A DNA stretch of 64,000 nucleotides, from positions 82,088,001 to 82,152,000 of the forward strand of contig OX597818.1 of NCBI GenBank assembly GCA_951406725.2, given 5' to 3'. Source of the stretch: Octopus vulgaris (taxonomy: Eukaryota). Under the pieces are notes generated by a model. It searched no databases. It was not told where the DNA came from and saw only the letters and a program-made list of their open reading frames with translations. Of this stretch, positions 1 through 13,900 are shown in pieces. Positions within the stretch are counted from its first letter, which is position 1. Each line of letters begins with the position of its first letter. The translations under genes and the position numbers were made by a program.

Positions 1-36
1 CTACCGCTGCTGCTGCTGCCGCTGATTCTGTTACTG

Positions 37-83
<47 letters not shown>

Positions 84-99
84 GTTACTGCTGCTGTTG

Positions 100-170
<71 letters not shown>

Positions 171-184
171 GTTCCCGCTGTTGC
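1..184. repeat. (CTA)n/(CTG)n compound trinucleotide microsatellite
   Basis: Direct reading: ctactacta... interspersed with ctg units. Confidence 0.97.
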
Positions 185-575
185 TGCACGTCGTTTTGGC
201 TTGGAGAATTAGTGTAACTCTCCGATATGGTTGAGATTTATGGTTTTGGCATTCAGCTCGAATGTCTTTTAGATCGTTGTCTGTCGTCGAGGAAAAAATG
301 CATTCAACAAAAAGCAAAATGGAAGGCGGGAAAAGGATATTTCAATGGTTTGTAATTGTGCGTACGTGGTGGTATTGAGTACGGATGCGTTTTGGTGCGA
401 TAATCTGGAGCGTGAAACAATGACGCGGTGACGTGATGAGGAGAATCGTGTGTGTCATGGGGACTTAGGGGAGGAGTGTTGGTGAAATGCGGTGAACTAC
501 TTCGGAGGAAACAGTAGGAGCAGCTTTGTGGGGCTAAGAGTACTTTTGTGAGCTAGTCGTTGAATGACTTTCATC

Positions 576-616
<41 letters not shown>

Positions 617-916
617 CTTCTTCTTCTTCTTCTTCTTCTTCATCGTCTTCTTCATCTTTACACTTCTTTTTTCTACTTCTTCATCTCCTTCGTCTCTTCC
701 TCGTCCTGCCCTCTCCTTTCTTAATCTCCTTCATCTACTTCATGATCATCAACATCATCACCATCATCATCATCATCATCATCAACAGCATCATCATCAA
801 CAGCATCATCATTAACAGCATCATCATCATCATCATCATCGTCACCATCATCTCATTCTGCTGCCGCTGCTTCTACTATTGCTGCAATTATCACCACTAC
901 AACTACAACGATTAGA

Positions 917-1002
<86 letters not shown>

Positions 1003-1010
1003 CACTACCA
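576..1010. repeat. Compound trinucleotide field (TTG)n-(TTC)n-(CAT)n-(CTA)n
   Basis: Direct reading; source of the poly-L/F/H/S ORFs at 564-1133. Confidence 0.95.
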
Positions 1011-1775
1011 TACAAATTTGTGACATTAATATTGTTGTTCGTATTTATCATTCTTAGTACAGTATTGGCATTATTATTCGTATTGATAATGACAGTATTA
1101 ATAATAATAATTGTATTATTAGTAGCAGCCTAGTTGCTCTTCTGTTTCATCTTTGTCGATAGTTTCCTTTTTACATTTTATTTGCTTTTGTCGTTTCTTG
1201 ATTTCATTTTTCCTCTTTCCATTTAAACAATTGGGGCATGTTTGATTAAATATTCCTTAAATATCTAGTCATGATTAAGCTAGAACAGACACAATTACTT
1301 TCATGTTAATCCAATATTTGCTGCTGTCGTTTTAATTCTCTAATAAAATTCATTTCTCCTCGAAAATTCCTGAGGATTCGATGGTGATGGAGCTGCGAAG
1401 GCAGTGATAGAGATGCGACGATTTTATTGGTGAAAGATTTGCAAATATTTTATCAAACTTGCGGAAATGATTTTGCGCTAAATTAAACGGTGCGTATTAG
1501 AGAAAGCGGACATACAAACACACAATACATAACAATACAGTCATACAAATCAAATATCTTCAAATGCATGTACACGTACGCATACACATACACACATACA
1601 AGCATACATAGATGACAACCCATGTCCAGAAAGGGAGAGTGCGCAGTGAGTTACACACATATTAACTCCCAAATATTAACGAGCAAATATCAATAAACAT
1701 CCGCATGCATATAATCATGTATCATATATTTAAAAGTACATAATATTTTTACAAGCTGCATGTGTTATATATATT

Positions 1776-2157
1776 ATATATATAAAATCCGTTCTGTCTG
1801 TCTGTGTGTGTGTCTTCTAGGATCTCGGGCATCTTCCATCCGATTGCGCTCAAAATTCAAATGTAGATACCGACGGTATTGGCGCGTGTATAAGTCTTGA
1901 AAAAATTACAAAACTCGATTCCAGGTGAGAATGCTATAGATAAAGCCGTGGGAACGTGCATTTGTACGCGCAAGTACATCAGCTGTTGCGATCGATACTA
2001 CGCGTACGCGAAAAAATGCACGGTGTCTCACATTTAGGTTAAATCAGTGTTTCTCAAAAGGGAGGCCTATGGGACCGTCGGCCAAGTTGTTTTGAGAAAA
2101 TTTGGTTTAAATGTCTGACAACTCAGCACCGTCTATTGGACGGGGTCGTTTTGCTCG
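1776..2157 (+). mobile_element. Non-autonomous Helitron-like element
   Basis: Starts in TA run with tatataaaa...ctgtctgtctgtgtg...catccgattgcgctcaaaatt; ends with hairpin ccgtc-tattg-gacgg (2129-2143) then CTCG|T (CTRR-like end); no TIR or TSD. Confidence 0.6.
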
Positions 2158-2233
2158 TATATATATATATATATATATACACAGATATCCACTCACACAC
2201 ACAGACATATATATACATATAGGTATCTGTCTA

Positions 2234-2273
<40 letters not shown>

Positions 2274-2364
2274 GCGCGCACAGAGAGAGACAGTCACACA
2301 CGCCCACACACATAAGTACTAGAGGATATGCGCAAAAGGATTTATAAAGATGAATAAGAAGGTG

Positions 2365-2700
2365 CTAAGAATTCATGCAATCTATAATATTTCTATGTTT
2401 AAAAATCTGATTTGACTGATTTAACACGATACATATAGGCATACACAAGTTCACAGCACACAAAACGCCATCAGAAATCATACAAATATACATAGGCTGT
2501 GAAACCATACAGAGATATAAATTTCGAAAAGTGCTAGGCATTCGGTCATTATAAGGGCCGATGAAACGTGGTCCTTGAGTTTTATCCTTGTAAATCCATG
2601 TGTAATATTCTCCACAGTTCCCACACAATGGTGTATTCTGCCCCTTTGTGTTATTGTACTACAGAATACGTAAAATATCCGCCCATTATCTTCTCTCCCG
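2365..2700 (-). mobile_element. Penelope-like element remnant, degenerate GIY-YIG endonuclease
   Basis: Minus-strand frames give YTIVCGNCGEYY followed by (G)FTRIKLKDH, resembling the xY-C-xx-C-x-YIG-T-x-L-xx-R pattern; frameshifted. Confidence 0.4.
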
Positions 2701-3559
2701 CGTATATTACTTACACTATACGATTTAACTTTGGATCCCTCGAAAATCAATATCTAACCCCAACTGTATTTTTATATATCCAAAGGAAAACTTTGAGAAG
2801 GACTCATTCGATAGTCTGTGTTTGATTTGATTAAAATCTGCGATTATGCAGGCAACAAAAAAACATACAGAAAAGAATTTAGTTATAACCGAGTAATTAT
2901 AAAACGAATTAGTTACAAAACGATCGCATTGTTAAACATTCAGAGATTGTGTAATACTCATTTGTAAATGTCACTCTGATAAACAACTAAGTTTAACTAG
3001 GACAATGAATTAGCTGTTATACACTCAAGCAGGTGGAAGAATATCTCATCATGAAAATAAAAATGTGTTTCTGTTGCCACTGTGAGTTTCTGCAGAGAAG
3101 CTATATATATAAAATGTTAATGAAACACGAGTACGATGATGTAACTAAAGAATTGATAAATACTTACAACTTTAGTATTGCTGTGTTGTTGGTATTGTCG
3201 ACGATAGATAAAGAATACACTGCAACAGTGTTATAATAATACAAAATAGAAACAACAGCAGCAACAAACACATATTAAACCAACAATCTTTTACGAACCA
3301 ACAATCAACAATTTCCAACATATTAACTTGAACTATAAACTGTACCTGGACTTTGAAGACCAAACTAAAAACTTCCTATTACGTCAGACTGTTACTATTT
3401 ATATGCAGTGTTTCCATCTATTCTCGTCAGAGGTCGAGGTACTCTCGCCACAATATCTCTCCTTTTGAGATTTCGAGTTCCGAAGAATAAAGAAATGTAT
3501 ATATTATTATCATTATTTTAGTATCCTTTCCGCTTGGGTGTTATCTTAAGGGTTCGTTC

Positions 3560-4853
3560 TACTTCCGTTTTCTTATGCTGGTTCTACGGTACTCCATTAA
3601 CTTCGGAGCTGGAACATCGAATATACAACAACAAAAAAAAACTTCCATAGGAATTTCTCTCCGTATGTCTCTTCTTTAGCTGATTTGTGTGTCTCTAATG
3701 TTCTCAGCGTAATACTTTAATTAATTAGATAAATCATACTCCCTATCTTTGTTGGCTACAAGGCCATTCTCCCAGCTTTCTTTACTATTTAAATGTGATT
3801 TCTGTACACATTTTGCCCATGAAATTCAATTCATCGCCGGTCACACCACGCGCAAGCAACTTTCACTGTTTTACGTATCTCCGTTTCCTGATTTTTCTTA
3901 ATGTATTCGCATTTATGATTAAAATATCACCACCCGTATCCAGCTGTAGTTTAATATTTACACCGTTTATTTTTACGTGTACAAATTTTCTTGTTTTTAT
4001 TTCGTATTCACTTTCTGCTGAAAACACCTTAGAAGTTAGATCCTCTTAATCTTGCCCTGCAGTGTGAGCTCTTTTGATGAACTTCCTGACGACTATGGCA
4101 TTTTCGGTTTTTAAACGTACACTTTTTTCTGAATTGTAGGCCTCAACATCAGTATCATGGATTGGAGCCTGGCACTCATTTTTGGTTGTACTTTCCAGAT
4201 CGATACATCTGTATATTTGCGGAAACTTTCTCGTGCTTCAGGTTTGACATTCTTCTACAATGTTCTGTAAGGTTAAGTCTTAGTTCACTTGCTCCATTTT
4301 TGAGAATCTCTCTAACTTCTTGTTGTCATAAGGCCTTGTAAAAAGATGAGTAAAATATATCCTGAGTGAGTTTCTGATGTTTAAATTTTCAAATCCGGCG
4401 TATATATTAAAGTTATCATCACTATTTCTTGTTAATTTCCAACACTTCATTCGAGTGTTAAATAACGAACTTTGATAGTAATTCAACAGTTTGTTGGAAA
4501 TTAATTTCACTCAACTCTTTCGGCAATATAATTTTGCAGCAGCGTTCAAGCTCGGCCAGAGATACCTTACGTATTAATAGCCACACTTTCCCCTCATCCG
4601 ACCATAACTTGCACTTTTCATTAAAAATTTCTTCATACCTTCTATAATACGCAAGAAACGCAATATCCTCTTCCGGATTATAAGTAAATTGAGAAATCGA
4701 GTTCGCCACGCCGTGTGGCGTAAACGCTCTTATCGAATTTTCGGACTTCCTTGACTGTTGTTGTTGGTGTTGTAATATGTGCTTATGCAACTCATGTAGT
4801 TATTCCTGTTGTCTCTCTTGAAGCTGTATTACTGCGGCTAATAGATTCTCCAT
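3560..4853 (-). pseudogene. Degenerate gag-protease (and integrase C-terminal piece) of the Gypsy element
   Basis: MENLLAAVIQLQ...SISQFTYNPEEDIAFLAYYRRYEEIF (gag-like); decayed zinc knuckle near 4080-4160; aspartic protease motif VKINGVNIKLQLDTG (~3930-3985); RHTNQLKR integrase-tail-like segment near 3670-3700; many stops and frameshifts; RT/RNaseH absent. Confidence 0.75.
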
Positions 4854-4989
4854 GATTTAACAATTTGTATGACACAGAAATTGTGTAATAACCTACATGA
4901 GCTTCGAAAAATTCTCATCACCAGATGTTATACCCTTACGACTCCAATATCGCACAACAGTTGATATTGTCGACGATACATAAAGAATA

Positions 4990-5258
4990 CAGTAATCCCT
5001 CGACTATTGCGGGCGTTACATTCCAAAACCCACCGCGATACGTGAAAATTAGCGAACTAGAATCAGTACAGTACTGTTTTCTTTTTAAGATTTTTATAAT
5101 TTGCATATATTTATTTTATTATAAATGCGAATCCAGAGGAGTCCACGTAAGTTTAAATAATAAACCACGATAAGTGAACCGCGATAGGTGAACCGCGATA
5201 GGTGAACCGTGATAGGTAAATAGCGATAGGTGAACCGCGATATGGTGAGGAATTACTG
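4990..5258 (+). mobile_element. Tigger/pogo-like MITE nested in the 5' LTR
   Basis: TIRs cagtaatccctcg / gaggaattactg after TA; absent from the other LTR at the homologous gaatac-actg site; internal 14-bp tandem repeat gtgaaccgcgatag (~5166-5243). Confidence 0.8.
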
Positions 5259-5543
5259 AAAACTGTAACAGTGTTATAACAATACAAAATAGGAACAGCG
5301 ACAATAACAATCACGTAACGAACCAACAATATTTTAAAAAGCAACAATCAATGTTTCCAACTCGAACTATAAGCTGTAATTCGAACTGTAAACTGTACCA
5401 AACAACAAACTGCCGACTGCATCAGACCGATACAATCTATAGGTAACCGTCCTGTTTATTCTCGTCAGATAGTGTCGTAATCTCGCCACAAGCATATGTA
5501 AGAAAATTCCTGTTTTGCTGTTGTATTCAACCACGAAAATATA

Positions 5544-5796
<253 letters not shown>

Positions 5797-6063
5797 GTGA
5801 GTACTTATAATATACTCCCATATAATATGTATGTATGTATGCAGGTCCATTCGTGCTTCGTATATAATTCGTAATAGATATACTGCTCAGTGCTTATGGT
5901 TGTGAAGTATGAATAATTTGCATGTGTGTGTATGTATTCTTTTCCTAAATACATACATAATTCCATCCACCCATCCATCCATCTATCCATCTAGATGAAC
6001 TTAGATAAATGTGTTCATATATGCACACATACACACAGTTTCATTGAAATATACACTTAAACG

Positions 6064-6103
<40 letters not shown>

Positions 6104-6429
6104 TATTCACATGTGTGTGTATGTTTGCGTGTGGTGCGCACATACATATATATGTGGACTTACATATGTCCACATATATATGTGCATAAAATTAAATGTA
6201 ATATCATATCAACATATACAGAGTTAATTATATACTTATATATATATATATATAAATTATTCAGAGTATTACATGTATATGTATGTATCTATTTTACGTA
6301 TCTTATTGTGTATTATATAGCAAATATGCATATACACTATTATATAGCTACAAAGGGTCTTATATGTGTTGTCAATTTAATAAATTTTATCATATAAAAT
6401 ACTTAAAAACTTCGATTAAGAAGATTATT

Positions 6430-7480
6430 CATGCAATTAATATCCCTAAATTCCCTGTGGGTTGTTCAAAATCTAAAAACAACTACCGCTTGAGATACCT
6501 AAAAAAACGTCTGAATGGAAAATTCATAGAACATGATCTTGGGGATAGATCCAGTCCTTTTAACCCGTTCCATTTCCATACTGTATATACTCTATTTTCT
6601 AAAATTTCAATTATCTTTTTCCATGGTAGATCTTTGGTGCTTGTTGTTTTAGATTCAAAACAACCTACTGGAATTTTGAGCCTATTAACTTCTTGAATAA
6701 CTTCAATCGATCAACTTATATATAATATGTATGAGCTAACTATATTTGTATATAGAATTCTTAATTCTTAATTCTCTCCTGCGGTATATTTTTCTTTCTT
6801 GCATAATGTATGTATTCATAATCAATGCCAGAGTATTCCTTGAAATTCCATAATGCAATTCATCACTTCTAGGTCTTGCTAACTGCATAGAATACTGTGC
6901 TGAAGAGGTCAAATTAAACTTGAACAAATTCAGGAGTTCGTATAAATTACAGCCACATTTCGTTTTCTACAGTTTTCAAAATTTCTATTAACATCTCTTA
7001 TCGAAGTTAACTACTTTATTTTAACTTTCTTGTATTTTAATTACCCTAAGACTTTATTGTCTTCCAATTTCATGGGAACCTGATTTAATCAATAAAATTA
7101 CTTATGTAAGACGTTACTTCATATGTATTTAATATATAGAGAATCCTCCAGTGATTGCAGTTATACCTTATTTTAAAGTCAGGCAATTAAAAAACTAATT
7201 AGAATTACATGTGTTCCAAGAAATTTAGACTCCATCACTGTAACACCAGGCGCATTAATGAGAATATATTTTCTTATACCTATAAGCGTAGCCTACCCAC
7301 AAACTAGCAAAACATACATCTTGTGTATATATGTTTGATATTGTAACCACTATATTTGACATTCTATATGGCAAACTCTTTGCATTTTGTATCCAAATCA
7401 CAGTGTCATCACCGTAATTAGATTATATAGAACACCGTAACGACTCCTACTAGAGAAACCTTGGTAATCACCATGTGGTC
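6430..7480 (-). mobile_element. Highly degraded L1/Tx1-like LINE ORF2 C-terminal remnant (tentative)
   Basis: Minus-strand TGGFSILN (~7130-7155) resembles the GGLG(I/L) motif; downstream decayed C..C...LQH.ILC resembles a CCHC knuckle; heavily interrupted. Confidence 0.3.
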
Positions 7481-7547
7481 GAACTTAAATTATACCAATG
7501 TCATTGAAACCATCTCATATCATATGACGTATCTTAGATCACATGAA

Positions 7548-7860
7548 ATGGTGCTCTGTCGATTGTGACGACAAGGGTTCCAGTTGATTTGATCAACGGA
7601 ACAATCTGCTCGAGAAATTAATTTCCAGTGACTGAACAATTCACATACACGCACATGCCCTTAACTTAGTTCTTAGGGAGATCCAGCGTGACACAGAGTG
7701 TGACAAGGTTGGACTTTGAAATACAGGTACTACTCATTTTTGCCAACTGAGTAAACCGGGGAAACAAGAAATAAAGTACCTGGCTCAGAGACAAAATATA
7801 CCGTCGGAGGTTGAACTCACGGTATTATGAGCGAGAGCCGAATACCAGGAAGCCACACAA
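7548..7860 (-). mobile_element. tRNA-derived SINE, family C (ggttccagttgatccgatcaacggaac body)
   Basis: Homologous to 53917-54222; B-box-like gagttcaacctcc in the minus-strand head; shared central segment actcatttttgcca.ctgagt..actgg. Confidence 0.8.
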
Positions 7861-8079
7861 CTTCCCATCACAAATCATGTAGGCCACTGGAGAAGTGGCA
7901 TCTATGCTGGTAGAAATAAGGGGGAAATAATCCCCAAACCACAATATACTGTTTCAAAAGAAACAGGAAACATTGGATAACGTAATACTATGTTTAATGT
8001 ATTTGTATTTAAATTTGGTGGCATGGCCACCGTAGGAACGTATTCAATCATGGAGTGCTCAATCAGAGCTGAGTTACGT

Positions 8080-8660
8080 TTCACCAACAATAACAACGAT
8101 GACAATGTCAACACCATCTTCTACCACTCTTACTAACACTACCAAAAAGAATGCGACTACCATCACCAGCAGCAGGAACTAAAGCAAACTGCAACGGCTG
8201 CAACACCGCCCACCACTAATAATCCTCTCTAATATAGGTAAGGGCCTATTTTTGGAAAGGAGGTTCGCTGATTACATCTACCCAGTACATGACTGGTACT
8301 TATTTTAGCGACACCAAAATGTGAAAGACAAAGTCGACCTCGGCTACTACTAATGTTAATAAAACCACCACTACCACTCCCACGCACACCACAATCACCA
8401 CCACCACCAACAACAACAACAATTATTACCACAGCAAAATTTTTTCAACCAATACTACAACCAACTACCACCAACAAAACAACCATTACCACCGCACCAA
8501 CAAAATTACCACCTAAACAACTACTACCAACCATCGCTTCAAAAATAACCGCTACTTACCTACCTTCGCCACCAAAACTAATCATCACCACTACAATCAC
8601 CACCACCAACAACAACAACAACAACCACAAAAAATACACTATTGCCGTCATCAACCACCA
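8080..8660. repeat. Degenerate (ACC/AAC/ACT)n low-complexity field with a partial family-A SINE (~8225-8345, minus)
   Basis: Direct reading; contains gactggtacttattttagcgac...gaaagacaaagtcgacctcggc. Confidence 0.75.
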
Positions 8661-8679
8661 TTATTTCTATATCCCCTAA

Positions 8680-8893
8680 GGTAGTGAGCTGGGAAAATCG
8701 TTATCACGATGGGTAAAATGCTTAGCCGTTTTTACGCTCAGGTTTCAAATGCCACCATATCGACTTTGCATTTTGTCCAACCCAGGTCGATAAAATAAGT
8801 ATCAGTTGATCACTAGTGGCCGATTTTGTTGGCTTAGTCCCTCTCTCCGCCCAAATTGCTGGCCTTGTGCCAAAATTTGAAACCATTATTATT
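8680..8893 (+). mobile_element. tRNA-derived SINE, family A (ggcggcgagctggcagaatcgttagc head)
   Basis: Head ggtagtgagctgggaaaatcgttatc, body gtcgataaaataagt, tail ggccttgtgccaaaatttgaaaccattatt; many paralogues in the window. Confidence 0.85.
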
Positions 8894-9019
8894 ATCTGCG
8901 CTGTGACTAGTATCACGCCAACACCGCTAATACCATCACTAAATAGGAGTACAAAATCGCGACCACCATTCACCTCTAACTACACCGACAAAAGTAATCA
9001 CCCGCAGAACCTTCCCCCA

Positions 9020-9380
9020 TCACCACCACCAACAACAATAACTAACAATAACGAAAACACTACTACTACAACCACCTCTACGACCACCACTCACGCCACT
9101 AAGACAACTACCACGACCATTACCACATCCACCATCACCACCACTACCATTATTACTGCCACTACTCCCTTCAACAGCAACAAAAACAGCTGTCAATAGC
9201 AACAAGGCAATCGCAACAAACACCACCTGCATCACACCTACAACAACAACAACACAAAAAACAGCTATCAATAACATCAACGGTACCACTACAACCACCA
9301 CAAGCACCACCGCCACCACCATTACCATCAATAACATCCACCACCACCACCACCATCGGGAACAACAACAGCAATAACTA
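9020..9380. repeat. Degenerate (ACC/AAC)n trinucleotide field
   Basis: Direct reading. Confidence 0.85.
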
Positions 9381-9709
9381 TCGCTCAAAGTTACCACGCG
9401 CAAACAAGCACACAAATAAATCATTATAGAAACGAAACAAGAAAAAATAGATAAAAGACAAAAATATTAAAACAATAAAGAAGTTCACCAATCGCCTCAA
9501 CAAATGCAGTTGTCGACAGCTTCTGATATCTATTAAAGCCATTTCTGGTAAACGGTGTCGATCAAAGATTTCACTTCGGTAATAAAGATCCGGCACGGAA
9601 ATTTAAAATCAATGCAGAGAAATAGAAGATAGATAAATAAACAAATGTATAAATAAATAAATAATGATAAATAAATAAAAATTACTAACGAATGAGAAAC
9701 GTACACAGA

Positions 9710-9759
9710 TTTGTGTGTGTGTGTATATACATACATACATATATACATACATACATGCC

Positions 9760-9791
<32 letters not shown>

Positions 9792-9961
9792 CATAGATAT
9801 ATAGATATAGATATATACATATATATATATATATACATACATCTATATATATATATATATATATACATTGGAGTATGTGTTCCACATGTATTTCATAAAG
9901 CTTCCATTTAATAATAATAATAATAATGATAATAATAATAATAATAACAATAATAATAATG

Positions 9962-9996
<35 letters not shown>

Positions 9997-10045
9997 CGTA
10001 ATCATAATATTAATGTTATTATTATTAATAATACTATTATTATTG
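9710..10045. repeat. (TG)/(TACA)/(TA) and (AAT)n microsatellites
   Basis: Direct reading. Confidence 0.95.
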
Positions 10046-10467
10046 TTGTTCTTGTTATTGTAGATATTGTTGGTTTTGTTGTTCTTGTTGATGTATATTT
10101 ATGACTATATATTCGGTGATTAGTCAACCAGAGTAATGGTTACCGTGTAACTATAACCTGCCATATGCCAAAATCTATACTTGTGAAATCGGTTGGGGAA
10201 CGGACAAACACACGAACAGGATATGGAGGAAGAGATGAAATTAAAATCAAATTCGAGACTTTGCAAAGTGCACACAGGATTCCGTTTGAAGTGCTTGCAA
10301 GCATAATATTCCACTGAATAAAGTTTACACGCTTATAAATACATAAGCACAAACCCGTTTGTATTATAAATATATGTCTATATGTTTGCGTGTATATGTG
10401 TGTGCATGTGTACGTGTATATATGTATGTAAGTATATATATACATATACTCAACTATATATGTATAT

Positions 10468-10505
<38 letters not shown>

Positions 10506-11177
10506 TATATTTCTATATGTATACATTCACAGGCATATATGTACACATATTTATATACGCATGCGTTATAACTATGCTTACAATTCATAAAAATCAGTGT
10601 TCAGTTTACACACGCACACACATACACACACACACACACGCATATATAAGTGTATAATTATGCCCATAATTACAAATCGACATTGACATATAATTATGCA
10701 GATATATATATATACGTGTACACACAGATTTATATATATATACGCATGTGGTAAGATATTGCTTTGACGTATGTATAAATATATATATATATATGTATTC
10801 CTCAGAATAAAGTATTAGTCAAGAACAAGGCCCAAAAGGAACTTAAATAATGCATCAAAAATTACTAGATGAACTTCATTAACTTACAGTAGGTTCTTCT
10901 TTGAGATGCAATGTACTAAGATCTGCGCACTTAGGTATATCCTTACAGCTTCCAAGAAATAGCAGTTCCTCATGATCCCTGGGTAAAGCAGAATTTATTT
11001 TTGTCAAGCAAAGGATTATTCTCAAACAAGCGCTAGGAAGTAATTAAGATAACGATTTGAGAAATGTTATAGATTTTAAAATTTGCATTTACGTGTCTAC
11101 AGCTGACCATTACATATTCTACGATGCTTCGGCGTGGTGAGTTAATCAACTTCGGTCTTTTGCCTTAACATTGTTTG

Positions 11178-11247
11178 TTTAGATTTCATGACTGATGTCA
11201 TCAAAGAATTCATTGATTAAATCTCGAAAGCTGTTCTGAAATCTAAA
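11178..11247 (+). ncRNA. Degenerate type I hammerhead-like motif (Penelope-type)
   Basis: 11-bp inverted repeat tttagatttca/tgaaatctaaa encloses CTGATG(T)...ctc-GAAA-gc-TG; palindromic AGCT stem III; core has substitutions. Confidence 0.35.
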
Positions 11248-11517
11248 TGCCACTTGTGTTGTATTATAAATATGCTACACTTGCAATCTCCCCTATACTT
11301 TGTATGGATCTATAGTTTGTATGGACTCGAGTACATATATAAGTAAATATACGTTTGAGCATGCATCTACAATTCTACAGATAGAATTGTAGATACATCT
11401 ATATATACTTACAGCACTCAACTAATGAACAACAACTGAATATTGTAAGACTGGTACCCGGTCTTTCTTGGCCTTCTACACATTGAAATGATTAGATTCT
11501 AAGAAACCTGTAAGTGA

Positions 11518-11567
<50 letters not shown>

Positions 11568-12877
11568 TCACTCGCACACACAGACTCATACACACACATA
11601 TATATATAAACGACTGAGTAGACAAACGAAAGGAAAGCTCCATCCGACATAAGGTTATACACACACACACATACATATATATCCTTTTTTTTTATCAAAG
11701 CTGCAAAAAACATCACAAAAGACTGTGACAGAGTTTCACGTTCCCGTCGTCGGACAGTTGTGATCAAGAGTGGAATCTTGTCTTTAGAGTTTTAATAAGA
11801 GAGCGTATAACTCTACCTTCAGTGTTCGAGTACTATCTTTCTCACCTTCTTTTGCATTTATGTGCTTACTCATGTTTGTATATAACACACAGACACAGAC
11901 ACACACACCCACACACACAAATGCACACGCACACAAACACACACACAAACACACACACACACACACGCACACATATATAAATGCAACAGGGATGTAAATA
12001 TGGTTATTAGTCAGTTTTTTTTTTTTTAAATCTTCATGGAACATTTTTAATGGGAAAGGACTTAATCTTGATCGTGTTTCTTCTAATGTTCATCTTCTAA
12101 TCTCACATCATTTTTGTCCCTATTTCTTCATTCTTTTTTTTTTTTTGATAACATAACAACTCAAAATATATCGTACGTCTGAAATATCCAACAGAGAAAA
12201 AGATAAAAAGCAAAATCACTGCAGATGTTATCACTATATAATAACAACCGATATATAGGTGTTGGTTAATTGGTTTGTTGATCTCAAGTCACGTTTTACA
12301 TCACTTAGAATGGTGCGGAGAGATAGAGTAATAAAGTGATGCAGAGAGAGTTAACATAACAGAAGCAGCAGGAGTGTCTAATAAGTTTCTGAAAATAAGA
12401 TTTTAAAATGAAACTTTGCAGAGATAGGTTTTTGATGGAGTAGATTAAGATTAAGATGTTGGAAAATAATAACATATATTTATTGTAAATATAAAGATGA
12501 GAAATTTGTTGTACTTAGATTTGTTTCAGTCTAATAAGTACATTCTAAATAAATAATTTATTTTATTTCATACAAATAAACGAGTGAGCTGAGCGGCATT
12601 TCGTGTGTCTTTACATCCAGTTGAAATTTTGCAGAGCTGGACTTTGCTGTTCATCCTTCAGGTATAGTTAAAAGTACCTTCGAAATTACTGGCCTTGTGA
12701 CAAAATTTGAAACCATTATTTTGTATAAATACCAAGAAAATTCATAGTATTTTAGCAAAATTATGCATCCAAAGTTACCTCCAATGCGACGGCATTGTAT
12801 GCACACCATGTCTTATTGTATATATATATAATCGTATAAATGAAATTATGCATATTGTATGCATACGTATACATGTA

Positions 12878-13620
12878 CAAGGGGTACCCAAAAGTAACCG
12901 GAATTTTGCAATATTATTTTATTCACTTAACGTTACATATTTACACTTTTGTTGCCTTGAAAGTATTCTCCATTTGAAGCCATGCATCAGTACAGGCGCG
13001 TTTTCCAATATTCGTACCTGTTTTCGAACACTCACAAAGTAATGCCTCTTATTGTTTCCGTGTCTTTTTTTCTTCGCCTCTCCCATATCTGGAAATTCCT
13101 TAGCTCCAGCTTTCGTCGCCAGTGATGACCTTCGAATAAAGGTCCGGATCAAATTCGAGATCTTCTTTCAGTTCATGACACATATTCAGTCGTGACTGCT
13201 TTTGAGGTTCCGTGAGCAACCAAGGCATAAATTTTGCTGCAGCTAGTTTCGTTTCGTGATACCTCGCTCAAAATTCGTTGGCAAGAGCTCAACAAATTTG
13301 ACAATTTTTCGGCATTTAAATTTCAGAATAGCTTTTGAGAACATTTAATCGATTAATTATTAGATGAATTTCATGATGCTCAGGAGGTCGACAGTCGCCC
13401 TGAATGAGGTTAGTCTTCAAACAACAAGTGACCGTTCGTAACGCGTAGAAACCACTCCTAAACTTGTGACTTGCTCGTGGCAGTGTCCTTGTAAGCTGTT
13501 TGAAGCATGAAAACTGTTTCGTCCGCCGACCTCAGCATCAGGAAACAGAATTTCATGGAAGCATACTGTTCTTTCGTTTCAGTCATCGTAAAAATCTAGT
13601 CTTTGCCTGCTACGTCCGTC
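12878..13620 (-). mobile_element. Mariner transposon remnant (transposase N-terminal half)
   Basis: ATG at 13586: MTETKEQYASMKFCFLMLRSADETVFMLQTAYKDTATSKSQV*EWF; later AAKFMPWLL and DPDLYSKVITGDESW (first catalytic Asp); terminus tacaaggggtacccaaaagtaaccggaatt at 12877. Confidence 0.85.
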
Positions 13621-13639
13621 ATCGTATACGGTCACTATC

Positions 13640-13900
13640 ACAGAAAATCATTCTACACTTTTCCCATTACCTTTTCTCTTTACAGCAATAAAGCAAGTGT
13701 AGAGAACAATAGTAATTTTTCTCCAAGTAACTCGATAAACATAAGTGTTAGTGAGATTCATTTAAATTTGTTTACGATCTTCAATACATCTATATCTGCA
13801 AATAGACTGTTTTTGTATAATTGTGTTTCATCAGCGTATATCGTGATATAGCCAATTCTCTGTTATTTAAACGAAAACATTACAACTATTGTCTTTATGC
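13640..13900 (-). mobile_element. L2/CR1-like LINE reverse transcriptase fragment
   Basis: Minus-strand ITIYADETQLY (~13815-13850) matches the YADDTQLY RT motif. Confidence 0.5.

Larger units (their letters stand above)
3154..5490 (-). mobile_element. Internally deleted Gypsy/Ty3-like LTR retrotransposon
   Basis: Two homologous TG...CA LTRs (3154-3452, 4926-5490, both ending ctcgccaca on +). PBS-like tctggtgatgagaa next to the 5' LTR (4912-4925, minus). PPT aaaaggagag next to the 3' LTR (~3457-3466, minus). Flanks agaat/agcat match 4/5 as a possible TSD. Confidence 0.85.

Noticed and set aside
5166-5243. CRISPR-like or iteron-like repeats gtgaaccgcgatag
   Set aside because: Contiguous 14-bp tandem units without spacers inside a MITE, in a eukaryotic context.
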